Shown here in pieces: positions 48,926-58,160 of a DNA stretch of 64,000 nt. This DNA is from an uncultured Candidatus Saccharibacteria bacterium (GTDB lineage Bacteria; Patescibacteriota; Minisyncoccia; Phycocordibacterales; UBA918): assembly GCA_964350645.1 (NCBI GenBank), contig CAYGJY010000001.1, positions 78,316 through 142,315 on the forward strand, written 5' to 3'. How positions within the stretch are numbered: the first letter of the stretch is position 1; the number at the start of each line of letters is the position of its first letter. The translations under genes and the position numbers were made by a program. The notes beneath the pieces were generated by a model. It was given only the letters and a program-made list of their open reading frames with translations. It searched no databases and was not told the DNA's origin.

Positions 48926-49036
48926 TATACCAAACTTATAGTGGGTGACTTCATTGACACCTTTTTCACTAAAGCTCCGGCTATCGCCTACGACGTCGTT
49001 CGAAAGGCATCAGCGTAGTCGAGGTACAATACTGAG

Positions 49037-49636
49037 ATGCAAAAATGGTTGATTGGAATCGATGAGGCCGGGCGTGGCCCCCTAGCGGGGCCTGTATCTG
49101 TGGGGGTGCTTAAGATACCGCCGGATTTTGACTGGGAGCTGATCCCGGGGGTGAATGATAGTAAGCAGCTGAGTGAAGCGAAGCGCGAGGAGCTTTTTGT
49201 CCGAGCCAAAGAACTGCAAAAAGCAGGAAAACTTAACTTTATGGTCGGAATGGTGGGTGCGAAGACAATTGACCGGATCGGGATTTCAGTGGCAATCAAG
49301 CAAGCGATGGATCGGGGATTGAAACGTATTGATGCAGTGTCTACTGAGTGTGCAGTTAAGCTCGATGGTTCACTCAAGGCGCTAGCTGAATTTGTTGATC
49401 AAGAGACGATTATAAAAGGGGATAGTAAGGAGCAGGTGATCGGGTTAGCGTCAATTTGTGCCAAAGTGACCCGTGATCGCTACATGAGGCGGATTGCTAC
49501 GCAATCCGCCTTCGCCCCCTACAATTTTCATATTCATAAAGGCTACGGCACCAAAGCCCACCGCGAAGCCATCGCCGAACACGGCCTATCCCCAGAACAT
49601 CGCGCCAGCTATTGTAAAAATATAAAAGTGTTGTAG
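49037..49636 (+). CDS. rnhB: Ribonuclease HII
   Basis: 'IGIDEAGRGPLAGPVSVGV' catalytic motif. Confidence 0.9.
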   Translation: MQKWLIGIDEAGRGPLAGPVSVGVLKIPPDFDWELIPGVNDSKQLSEAKREELFVRAKELQKAGKLNFMVGMVGAKTIDRIGISVAIKQAMDRGLKRIDAVSTECAVKLDGSLKALAEFVDQETIIKGDSKEQVIGLASICAKVTRDRYMRRIATQSAFAPYNFHIHKGYGTKAHREAIAEHGLSPEHRASYCKNIKVL

Positions 49637-49713
49637 AATACCTCGATCGGATCTAATGGTAGGTTCGTAACGACCCGAACACGGGCGTTTTTAGTTCTTG
49701 AGGGAGAGTTAGT

Positions 49714-49980
49714 TTGGACTTTTTAACAACAAACGCTGAGCTCATTGCTCAGTTGCGTAAAGTCGCCCAAGATAAACCAGATATGCCTCTTGAGGGAGGT
49801 GCAAAGCACTATGCCTTTGAAGACGGATTTCTGTGCGGTTACGACTATACCGAATTGATACTTGGTGTCGAAGAAGCGCTCGATCTCATAGATATTGATG
49901 AGGGGCATGGAATCACAGTGGCTGATTACCTGAAACTGGTTGATCAGCTCCCGAAAACCCAGGTGGCTTTGGCCGCCTAA
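49714..49980 (+). CDS. Hypothetical acidic protein (88 aa)
   Basis: ORF in a conserved gene context (rnhB then this ORF then the yceD-like gene and rpmF); no family recognised. Confidence 0.45.
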   Translation: MDFLTTNAELIAQLRKVAQDKPDMPLEGGAKHYAFEDGFLCGYDYTELILGVEEALDLIDIDEGHGITVADYLKLVDQLPKTQVALAA

Positions 49981-50078
49981 CGGATGGGGCCTTACGGCCC
50001 GCCGCAAAAAAGACTGCGAACAAACCGCGGCATTCGTAAAGACCCCTTTCGCAGCGCGACTGTGGGTCTTCAACTTAG

Positions 50079-50399
50079 TTGCGTTTTATGCAGATGAGGA
50101 GTAGGTTTGATTACAAGCTGGTATTAGTGCCAGTTGTATGTGACAAAAGAATCGAGGTAAAAAAAGTGGACGAAAGAGAAATCGTAAAAGCAAAGGGTGG
50201 TGCGTGTGTGGACTGTCCCCTAACAGGTAAGGAACTTGTTGTTGACTTCCCATCACGTCGTCCAACCTTACAGTCTGCACTGGAGAATGCACGGGTCAGA
50301 GTTCGTTGCCCGCGTCACCAAGGTGGAACAATACTGATAAAGGTAAAGGTGATCCTCAAGGATTACAAGGACTGTCCCCACTACAAGAAGCCAAGCTAA
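50079..50399 (+). CDS. Zinc-ribbon protein, possibly a DUF177/YceD-like protein upstream of rpmF
   Basis: TTG start; 'CVDCP', 'RCPRHQ' and 'DCPHY' Cys/His clusters. Its position immediately upstream of rpmF mirrors the yceD-rpmF operon. Confidence 0.4.
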   Translation: MRFMQMRSRFDYKLVLVPVVCDKRIEVKKVDEREIVKAKGGACVDCPLTGKELVVDFPSRRPTLQSALENARVRVRCPRHQGGTILIKVKVILKDYKDCPHYKKPS

Positions 50400-50493
50400 A
50401 AAGAATAAGTTCATTGGCACGAGCAGTGCCGACATGGGGCCCAATCAGCTTTATTGCGTTGGGCCCTGTCTGCGTCTGGTGGTTGGGTGGTAG

Positions 50494-50537
50494 AAACCGG
50501 GGCGGAAATGGCCTTAGCCATTTCCGCCCCGGTTTCT
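50494..50537 (+). terminator. 20-bp perfect hairpin (attenuator/terminator-like) between the yceD-like gene and rpmF
   Basis: gaaaccggggcggaaatggc-ctta-gccatttccgccccggtttc followed by tcttgcgtttt. Confidence 0.6.
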
Positions 50538-50575
50538 CTTGCGTTTTGGCTAGGTTTTGGTATAGTTCTCCGACT

Positions 50576-50923
50576 ATGGTAATTCGAATGCGACATACGC
50601 GGGCTCATACAAAGAACCGCCGCTCACACCACGCTCTTACAGCGCCAACGTTGGCGACTTGTAAGAATTGTGGAGCTAGCCACCGCCCACACCACATGTG
50701 CTTAGATTGTGGCTTTTATAATGGTCGTCAAGTAATCGACCTCGCTGCTAAGAAAGACGCTCGTGAAGCAAGAATGAACGCAAAGCGCGAAATGATTAAA
50801 GGCCAGCAAGAAGCAATCGCTCCGACTGAAGCTGATGCGGTAGCAGAAAAAGCGCCAGTAGCAACTGAAGAAAAAGCAGCTGATGAGAGTGAAGCAGTGA
50901 CAAGCAAAGAGGATAAAAAATAA
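50576..50923 (+). CDS. rpmF: 50S ribosomal protein L32 with long K/E/A-rich C-terminal extension
   Basis: '[49 protein letters not shown]'. The start was taken as the internal ATG (M91 of the track ORF); the second ATG at +12 is an alternative. Confidence 0.85.
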   Translation: MVIRMRHTRAHTKNRRSHHALTAPTLATCKNCGASHRPHHMCLDCGFYNGRQVIDLAAKKDAREARMNAKREMIKGQQEAIAPTEADAVAEKAPVATEEKAADESEAVTSKEDKK

Positions 50924-51024
50924 GCATTAAGACCGCTCTGGCGGTTTTTTTGTGGATTGTATCCTTTTGCAAATACGCAGTACCTTGCTACTATTGTAGG
51001 TAGATAGGTTAGTACATTATTTTT

Positions 51025-51921
51025 ATGGCAAACAGGCATCTTAGTCGATCGATCGTTCTTCAGTCACTCTTTGAGTGGGATTTAAATGATATAGCTAAAA
51101 AAGACGTTCCTGAGGTGCTGGAACGCAACGTCACAGAGTTTGCACCAAATAAAACTGACATGCCCTTCATGGCGAAACTCCTTGATGGTATTTTGCAAAA
51201 ACAAACTGAACTCGATTTAGTCATCGAAAAAGCTGCTCCCGAGTGGCCGATTGACCGGATCTCCCCGGTTGACCGCAACATCTTGCGGCTCGGACTCTAC
51301 GAGCTCTTATTTGCCGATCGGGGTGAGGTACCAGCAAAAGTGGCTATTAATGAAGCAATTGAGTTAGCGAAGCAATTTGGTGGTGAAAATAGTAGTCGGT
51401 TTGTAAACGGCGTTCTTGGTGCGGTGTACAAGGAGATTGGCGAGCCAGGGAAGAATGAAGTGAGTAAGCGGAAAAAGAAAGAAGTGCCGTTTGAAGAGAT
51501 GCCGGTTCTCCGTCTTGCAGGGTCAGTAGTCTATGCTGAACATGAGGGAGATATTTACTTGGCGTTGGTGCATGACATTTTTGGCCACTGGACCCTGGCG
51601 AAAGGTAAGATTGAAGAGGGTGAAGATTTGAAGGCTGGGGCAACTCGGGAGATTAAAGAAGAAATTGGCCTGGATATTGAGATTGAGAACGAACTCGGCC
51701 AAAATGAATATGTGGCGAGTAAACCTGATATCGGTAAGCACCGTAAACAAGTAACGTACTTCCTCGGCAAATCTGAGTATAAAGAACTCACCTTGGAGAA
51801 AAAAGGTGGACTTGATGATGCTCAGTGGTTTCGAGTAGCCGATATCCTTGATTTGAACTTTTATGAGGATATACTACCAATAGTCACCAAAGCAGTGACC
51901 ATTCTTGTTTCGAAGAAATGA
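51025..51921 (+). CDS. nusB: NusB (transcription antitermination) N-terminal domain fused to a C-terminal NUDIX hydrolase domain
   Basis: NusB: 'SRSIVLQSLFEWD..DRNILRLGLYELLF..AINEAIELAKQFGGENSSRFVNGVLG'. NUDIX box 'GKIEEGEDLKAGATREIKEEIGL' fits Gx5Ex7REuxEExGu exactly. Confidence 0.8.
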   Translation: MANRHLSRSIVLQSLFEWDLNDIAKKDVPEVLERNVTEFAPNKTDMPFMAKLLDGILQKQTELDLVIEKAAPEWPIDRISPVDRNILRLGLYELLFADRGEVPAKVAINEAIELAKQFGGENSSRFVNGVLGAVYKEIGEPGKNEVSKRKKKEVPFEEMPVLRLAGSVVYAEHEGDIYLALVHDIFGHWTLAKGKIEEGEDLKAGATREIKEEIGLDIEIENELGQNEYVASKPDIGKHRKQVTYFLGKSEYKELTLEKKGGLDDAQWFRVADILDLNFYEDILPIVTKAVTILVSKK

Positions 51922-52048
51922 GCCGTCATATGGACGGCGTTCGATGAGACTCACCGTACGTGGTACGGCACGTCCCATCGCACTTGTTGGCAATTAGCTA
52001 ACACCCATCTATTCGACAACTTTAGTTTACTAAGTAAGACCTTACTAC

Positions 52049-52759
52049 ATGGCAGAAGATGCAACTATTGAAAAAAGTCTTAATGACTTATGCAAAATTT
52101 TAGACGTCACGTTTACCGACCGAAATTTTTTGTTAGTGGCGATGACGCACCGCTCGTACCTCAACGAACACCGTGAAGCAACTTGGGAACACAACGAGCG
52201 CTTAGAATTTTTGGGCGATGCAGTTTTAGAACTCGTCGTAACAGACTTTTTGTATAAAAAATACCCAGAAAAACCCGAGGGCGAACTGACGTCAGTTCGG
52301 GCAGCGCTAGTGAACACCAACTCACTCTCCGAAGCATCGCAAAAACTTGGCCTTAATGACTTCTTACTGATGTCAAAAGGGGAGGCGAAAGATACTGGAC
52401 GTGCCCGGTTGTATATTTTAGCCAATGCCTTCGAAGCAGTGATCGGAGCTCTTTACATGGACTTAGGATATGAAGTGGCTCGTGATTTCATTGGTAATCA
52501 ACTTTTTGCAAAAACTGACCGGATCGTTGAGAAGCGATTATGGCAAGACGGGAAGAGTCGGTTTCAGGAATTGGCACAAGAGCACAACTCAGTGACACCG
52601 ACCTACAAGTTGCTTGGCCAAGAAGGTCCTGATCATGATCGGGTGTTCACTATCGGTGTTTTCTTAGGGAAAGAACAAGTAGCTGAGGGAGCTGGACGCA
52701 GTAAGCAGGAAGCCGAACAGGCAGCAGCTGAGGCAGCCATTGAGCAGAAAGGCTGGTAA
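52049..52759 (+). CDS. rnc: Ribonuclease III
   Basis: 'ERLEFLGDAVLELVVTDFLY' signature and a C-terminal dsRBD. Confidence 0.95.
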   Translation: MAEDATIEKSLNDLCKILDVTFTDRNFLLVAMTHRSYLNEHREATWEHNERLEFLGDAVLELVVTDFLYKKYPEKPEGELTSVRAALVNTNSLSEASQKLGLNDFLLMSKGEAKDTGRARLYILANAFEAVIGALYMDLGYEVARDFIGNQLFAKTDRIVEKRLWQDGKSRFQELAQEHNSVTPTYKLLGQEGPDHDRVFTIGVFLGKEQVAEGAGRSKQEAEQAAAEAAIEQKGW

Positions 52760-52774
52760 AGTACAGGAGGTTAC

Positions 52775-52831
52775 GCACAAAGGGCGCAAAACCAAAGGTT
52801 TTGCGCCCTTTGTGCGTGCTAAAATTACTAA
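52775..52831 (+). repeat. Duplicated hairpin (20-bp stem) plus extended -10 (TGcTAAAAT) unit, copy 1, immediately upstream of pilin gene 52832
   Basis: cgcacaaagggcgcaaaacc-aaa-ggttttgcgccctttgtgcg then tgctaaaattactaaATG. About 26 nt are shared exactly with copy 2. Confidence 0.7.
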
Positions 52832-53359
52832 ATGAAATCACTGCGATCGTCTAAGTTGGGCTTCACTCTTATTGAAGTAATAGTAGTGGTAGGGATTATT
52901 GGCCTCCTGACTTCCATAGTCCTGTTTTCTGTCAGTCAAGCTCGTGCAGAAGTGAGGGATAAAAAAAGAATTATTGATATTGAACAATATCAGCTAGCAT
53001 TTCGACTGTATAGTGAACAATATGGGAGTTTGCCTGTTTGTGGTAGTGGCGCATATCTTCGGGGGGCAGGAATTGTCGATGCTGGATCAACATGTACTGA
53101 TTTAGCCACTATGCAGACATTTTTCGACGAAGTGTTTGGGGAACTTCCTACTGATCCTTTAGATGACGCTTCTGGTCCTTCAGATTATGTATATTTTTAT
53201 GACAGTGATCACAGCGCTTGTGGTAGCGGTCAAGCAATTATTGCCATTAGACAAATGGAAGATACTCCTCCAGCTAATGATGCAACTGCTTGTGGCGGAC
53301 TTGGCAGTGACGGTGAAATGAATACAGCTACAAACCCCTATGTTATCTTTTTGCCATAG
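52832..53359 (+). CDS. Type IV pilin-like protein (prepilin N-terminal methylation domain)
   Basis: 'MKSLRSSKLG|FTLIEVIVVVGIIGLLTSIVL'. Confidence 0.85.
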   Translation: MKSLRSSKLGFTLIEVIVVVGIIGLLTSIVLFSVSQARAEVRDKKRIIDIEQYQLAFRLYSEQYGSLPVCGSGAYLRGAGIVDAGSTCTDLATMQTFFDEVFGELPTDPLDDASGPSDYVYFYDSDHSACGSGQAIIAIRQMEDTPPANDATACGGLGSDGEMNTATNPYVIFLP

Positions 53360-53370
53360 TTAAGATTACT

Positions 53371-53426
53371 CACAAAGGCTGCAAAATCTTCGATTTTGCA
53401 GCCTTTGTGCGTGCTAAAATTACTGA
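53371..53426 (+). repeat. Duplicated hairpin plus extended -10 unit, copy 2, upstream of pilin gene 53427
   Basis: cacaaaggctgcaaaatc-ttcg-attttgcagcctttgtg then cgtgctaaaattactgaGTG. Confidence 0.7.
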
Positions 53427-54050
53427 GTGAAAATACTATTAAATCGTACTCGAGGGTTCACATTGATGGAAGTGATGGTGGTGATAGCCATTATTGGTAT
53501 TCTTACGTCAGTGATATTGTTTTCGATTAGTGACGCGCGAGCGAGTGCCCGTGATAAACAACGCTTGGTTGATTTAAAAAATCTAGAACTCGCCCTCGCG
53601 CTCTACTATGAGATTAATAATGAATATCCTCCACAAGGTTGCGGAGCAACTGGTGGATGGACAGGTCCAGGCGTGATTGATGCTGAATACCAACAGCCCG
53701 CTAATTTAACTGATGGGTGTGATGAATACATTGAAGGTTTAGCTCCTGTGTATATACCGGCATTACCAATTGACCCTAAATTTGAAGATGATGCGAGTAA
53801 TCCGGGTTGGGGGTATCTGTATAGAACCAACGGTGCAAGGTCTGCGTATAAGGTGATGGCACATCTGTCTGTTGAAAAAGCTCAAATAACATCTAATGAT
53901 GATGAGTATGCTCGGCGGTCAAATGCTTGTTTTAATCCATCAGGAGCTGATCCTTTGTACGGTTTAGACCCTTTTCAGCCGGGCGTGTATGCTGTGTATG
54001 GCGGTTCCGATGGAACTAATGATGTAACAACTGACTCAGCTTGTTGGTAA
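53427..54050 (+). CDS. Type IV pilin-like protein (prepilin N-terminal methylation domain), GTG start
   Basis: 'MKILLNRTRG|FTLMEVMVVIAIIGILTSVIL'. Confidence 0.85.
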   Translation: MKILLNRTRGFTLMEVMVVIAIIGILTSVILFSISDARASARDKQRLVDLKNLELALALYYEINNEYPPQGCGATGGWTGPGVIDAEYQQPANLTDGCDEYIEGLAPVYIPALPIDPKFEDDASNPGWGYLYRTNGARSAYKVMAHLSVEKAQITSNDDEYARRSNACFNPSGADPLYGLDPFQPGVYAVYGGSDGTNDVTTDSACW

Positions 54051-54056
54051 TATTTT

Positions 54057-56336
54057 ATGCATCTCAAACACCTCGCCATCTCTGGTTTCAAATCATTTGC
54101 TAAAAAAAGCGAACTTGAGTTCTCTGCGCCGATTACGTCAATCGTCGGTCCGAACGGTTCGGGTAAAAGCAATGTTGCCGAAGCATTTCGGTTTGTCCTT
54201 GGTGAGCAGTCAGTGAAGTCAATGCGTGGTAAGAAAGGAGAAGATTTAATTTGGGGTGGATCGGACAGTGTCTCACGGAGCAACCGCGCTTCGGTCACCG
54301 TCACGTTAAATAATGAAAAACGCGTGTTCCCGATGGATTTCGACGAGATTGAATTAGAGCGACTCGTACATCGCGATGGTCAAAATGAATACTCGATTAA
54401 TGGTTCAAAGGTTCGACTTAAAGACGTGCAGGAGCTCTTAGTAGCAGCCAATATTGGTCCAACTGGGCATCATATTATTTCCCAAGGTGAAGCTGACCGG
54501 ATTTTGTCTGCGAGCGCTAAGGAACGACGCGAGATGATTGAAGATGCCCTTGGACTGAAGGTCTACCAATTCAAAAAACAAGAAGCCGAAAAGAAGCTCC
54601 GAAAAACCAGAGAAAACGTCGAGCGAGTTGAGTCGCTGCGTCGTGAAGTAGCACCCCATTTAAAGTTTTTGGAACGTCAGGTAAAGAAGATTGAAAAGTC
54701 ACTTGAACTTCAGGAAACTCTTAAAACCTTTTATAAGGAATACCTCAGACGTGAAGATGTATTCATTGCCCACAACCATGATCGTCTAGAGGCTGAGCGA
54801 CATGAGCCAGTTGCTAAGCTCGAAGTTTTGGCGAAAGAGCTGGCCGCTGCAAAAGAAACCTTAGCTACTGCAGAACAAGACGAGAAACGCGACGATTTGA
54901 TTGCGGTTGAGCGTACCTTGTCTGAGGCCCGTGAAGGTCGACAGACACTATTGCGCAAGAGTGGTCAGTTGGAAGGGCAGATTGAGTTTCTTGAGCGACG
55001 CATTAAGGCTGAGCGTGCCAAAGCTGAGAAAAAAACAGGTCTACCAATTGCTTATGAGGACGTGGCAGCAGTGATCGAGAAAGTAGCGGTCGAGGTGGAG
55101 CGTGCAACTAAAAAGGATGACATCCCGTTGCTTCAGCGAGCGCTATCAGACATCGTGCACACACTGAAGTCTTTTTTGCGTAAAGCTGAGGAGAACGACA
55201 CGGTTGATACACGTGCTGAGGAGGCTGAGTTATCTGAACTCCAGATTGAAAAAAGCGAGGTTGATACGAAGCTTACTGTCGCGACTGAGACTGAAAGTCG
55301 GCTGCAGGGAGAATACGAGACAGTGAAAGCGGACATTGAAGCTGATGCTAGCCAGAGTCGTGAGGCTGAACGTGAGGTGTTCAGGATTGTGAGCGAACAA
55401 CGTGAGACAGAAATCGTTCTGACACGAATTGATAATGAGTTACAGGTGCTTGAGCGTGAACGAAATGAATTTAAGCGTGAGCTTCAAGAAGCAGTGTCCT
55501 TGATTGGCCGAGCCGCAGCCGAATACTTCTCACACGAAATTGTGGAAGAAGGAAAGATTCTACAGGCAAAAAATTTTGTCGCTGAGGATCGCTCCAAGCA
55601 GCGTGAGCGCCGCCGAGAACTTGAGAAGATGAAGATTCGTCTTGAAGAGCTAGGTTCAGGGACTGATGGTGATATTGCCGCAGAATATAAAAACGTCAAA
55701 GAACGCGACGAGTTTTTAGTGAAAGAAATTGCTGACCTTACTGCATCAATTGCCAAACTGGACACCTTGATTGTGGAGTTGAATGAGCAGCTTAACGAAC
55801 GCTTTGTAGAAGGAATCGAGAAAATTGATGCAGAGTTTAGTCGTTTCTTTACGCTGATGTTTGGTGGTGGTACAGCCAAATTAGTGCGCATGAAACCAAA
55901 GAAAAAAGTAAAGAAAGAAATGGAGGATGACTTGGGTGAAATGACCGAGATCGATGAAGAGGTAGAGGACGAGGAAGCGCAAGAAGGGATTGAACTTGAT
56001 GTGAAGCTACCCAACAAGCGCGTGAAAGGTCTCGACATGCTTTCTGGTGGTGAGCGAGCACTTACCTCAATCGCGCTGATTTTTGCGATGAGCCAGGTAA
56101 ATCCGCCACTGTTTATTATTCTTGATGAGACCGACGCCGCGCTTGATGAAGCGAATAGTCGTCGCTATGGCGACATGATCGAGGCATTGGCTGAACGTTC
56201 ACAATTGATCTTGATAACACATAACCGCGAGACCATGAGTCGGGCGGGGATTCTCTATGGTGTCACCATGAGTGGCGACGGAGTATCAAAGCTTCTTTCA
56301 GTCAAGCTCGACGAGGCGGTCGCGGTCGCTAAATAG
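54057..56336 (+). CDS. smc: SMC-like chromosome segregation ATPase, short (759 aa), apparently hinge-less
   Basis: N-terminal 'LAISGFKSFAKKSELEFSAPITSIVGPNGSGKSNVAEAFRFVLGEQS' Walker A. C-terminal 'LSGGERALTSIALIFAM..FIILDETDAALDEAN' signature and Walker B. Continuous coiled coil between them, with no recognisable hinge. Confidence 0.8.
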   Translation: MHLKHLAISGFKSFAKKSELEFSAPITSIVGPNGSGKSNVAEAFRFVLGEQSVKSMRGKKGEDLIWGGSDSVSRSNRASVTVTLNNEKRVFPMDFDEIELERLVHRDGQNEYSINGSKVRLKDVQELLVAANIGPTGHHIISQGEADRILSASAKERREMIEDALGLKVYQFKKQEAEKKLRKTRENVERVESLRREVAPHLKFLERQVKKIEKSLELQETLKTFYKEYLRREDVFIAHNHDRLEAERHEPVAKLEVLAKELAAAKETLATAEQDEKRDDLIAVERTLSEAREGRQTLLRKSGQLEGQIEFLERRIKAERAKAEKKTGLPIAYEDVAAVIEKVAVEVERATKKDDIPLLQRALSDIVHTLKSFLRKAEENDTVDTRAEEAELSELQIEKSEVDTKLTVATETESRLQGEYETVKADIEADASQSREAEREVFRIVSEQRETEIVLTRIDNELQVLERERNEFKRELQEAVSLIGRAAAEYFSHEIVEEGKILQAKNFVAEDRSKQRERRRELEKMKIRLEELGSGTDGDIAAEYKNVKERDEFLVKEIADLTASIAKLDTLIVELNEQLNERFVEGIEKIDAEFSRFFTLMFGGGTAKLVRMKPKKKVKKEMEDDLGEMTEIDEEVEDEEAQEGIELDVKLPNKRVKGLDMLSGGERALTSIALIFAMSQVNPPLFIILDETDAALDEANSRRYGDMIEALAERSQLILITHNRETMSRAGILYGVTMSGDGVSKLLSVKLDEAVAVAK

Positions 56337-56404
56337 CAAAAGTCCCGTACATACCAGACCCTGCATAACGCGTACTCACACGTCGGGCCCGTTTGACACG
56401 GGAC

Positions 56405-56785
56405 TCAATTTTTTGACTGCTCTAAGTCATTCAAAGCTTCTACACATTGATTGTACACGTCAATACCACCTTGGCGTCTTCCTTTCCTGAGGAAAAACAA
56501 ATCCTCGTGACCGTCTTTGTCTTTCCTGGACATAACCCAGGTCACCATAGCAAATCGGCCGAGAAAATTTTTCATCTTTTCAAAATCAAAATCCTGGGGT
56601 AAATCCTCAATGAAAGCGTACTCGTTGACAAACTTAACTCCATCATAAATGTGTCCATCTGGTTGCCGGATAAGGCTGTGGAAAAGATCTTTACGCTCTT
56701 CACCAGCTCCGATATGGACGAGCATCATACTCATGGATGCCTCCTCTGGCTGGTTACGTTCAAAGAACAGTACCAAAAAATCCAA
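56405..56785 (-). CDS. Hypothetical protein
   Basis: 126-aa ORF on the strand opposite its neighbours; the start is possibly the internal 'MSMMLVHIG'. No family recognised. Confidence 0.4.
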   Translation of the reverse strand: MDFLVLFFERNQPEEASMSMMLVHIGAGEERKDLFHSLIRQPDGHIYDGVKFVNEYAFIEDLPQDFDFEKMKNFLGRFAMVTWVMSRKDKDGHEDLFFLRKGRRQGGIDVYNQCVEALNDLEQSKN

Positions 56786-56842
56786 AAAAGTAAACTGTTT
56801 GGAACTCAGTAATCAGCAGTTCTTATCAGCTACAATTAGGTT

Positions 56843-58111
56843 ATGAAAGAAGGAGTACCTACACCACGTACAGAACGTTTGGATGATCCAGCTAAGCGCA
56901 GATTTTTGCGTGGGGCGCTTGGTGTGCTTATCGCAACTGGAGGAGCTACGGTTGTCTTGCGACCAGAGAAATTAGCTGACGGGGAGCAGACCCATGGACC
57001 AATAGAGTCACCAGAGCCCTTACCGCGACCAGAAGTGCCTAAGTTTGAGGAGTATGTGCGCGCGTTTGAAATGCAGTGGGGTATGTCTCCGAACGAAATT
57101 ATATTTATTGACCAGCACGGACAGCCGCTAGACGATCCGTTTCCGCTTGAACAAACATTTATTGATGTAACAGCCGACCAAGAGGAAATATTGGTTCAGG
57201 CTATTGGTAGTGATGGCAAGTTGACCGGAAGGTGGTTGGAGTTAATGCGGGCAGAGATAAGTAGTATGTATGATGTGCCGGCAGAATTGGTCGGACAGCT
57301 CAATGTTCGCAGTGATTTTGCTGCCGCTGAAGATCAGTTTCCGGGACTAACCTTTAATTCGATTGCTGGTATTGCACAGCATCATGCCGCGCAACCAGCA
57401 GCTGAAGGCGAGTCACAGAGTCGCATGGAGTGCTTACTGGAGGTATTTCCGCAGCACCTTGATATACCCGATCCGTTTATTAAGCAGCTCTTGTGTGATC
57501 ATATTGTCGGTCTGGTCGCCAAAGAATCGAAGTTTAATGACGAGTTGGGTAAGAATAGTGCTTCAGCGCAGCAAGCACTGCAGCTGACAGATTCAGTCCG
57601 CATTGAGCATCTGTTTAAAAAAGATCCAAATGCAAGTGCTGCCGAAAATGCCCAGAATAAACAAGCAGTTGCCGATGCACGACTCTCGTTTCCACAACAA
57701 GTAGAGATAGCAGCCAAACATTTTTCTAATATTTATAAACGTCTACATGTGTGGCTCAAAAAAGGGAAGGAAGTAGATTCAACTGCTACGTTTGATCGAG
57801 AGTATGTGTTTAATGACCTTCGGGGTGCGTTTAGTTCTGATGAAGACTGGCAGCGATACATGCTTTTTCCACTAATGTTGAATGCGTATAACGGCGGTTC
57901 GCTCTTGGTAGCCGATGCCTGCGCGGCCTTTGTTGATTCGTACGAGGGAGACTTTGCCAAGGCTGCAGAACGCTATGAGGGATATGATATGTATTTTGCG
58001 ATTACGCGGTTTGCTGCGAATAGTGACAAAGGTAGATTGAAAAAGTATGGACCAGATTCACAAAGCTACACCGCTAATGTTATGGCGGCGACGAATGTAC
58101 TGTCAGCCTGA
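56843..58111 (+). CDS. Secreted lytic transglycosylase-like (SLT-domain) protein with RR-containing signal
   Basis: 'KRRFLRGALGVLIATGGA' twin-arginine-like N-terminus. 'VAKESKFND' (ESxFN) and 'AYNGG' resemble SLT family motifs. Confidence 0.5.
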   Translation: MKEGVPTPRTERLDDPAKRRFLRGALGVLIATGGATVVLRPEKLADGEQTHGPIESPEPLPRPEVPKFEEYVRAFEMQWGMSPNEIIFIDQHGQPLDDPFPLEQTFIDVTADQEEILVQAIGSDGKLTGRWLELMRAEISSMYDVPAELVGQLNVRSDFAAAEDQFPGLTFNSIAGIAQHHAAQPAAEGESQSRMECLLEVFPQHLDIPDPFIKQLLCDHIVGLVAKESKFNDELGKNSASAQQALQLTDSVRIEHLFKKDPNASAAENAQNKQAVADARLSFPQQVEIAAKHFSNIYKRLHVWLKKGKEVDSTATFDREYVFNDLRGAFSSDEDWQRYMLFPLMLNAYNGGSLLVADACAAFVDSYEGDFAKAAERYEGYDMYFAITRFAANSDKGRLKKYGPDSQSYTANVMAATNVLSA

Positions 58112-58160
58112 TACGTGTGTACGGTATACTGTTTGTTAATATGATTTCTAGAGACAGAGT

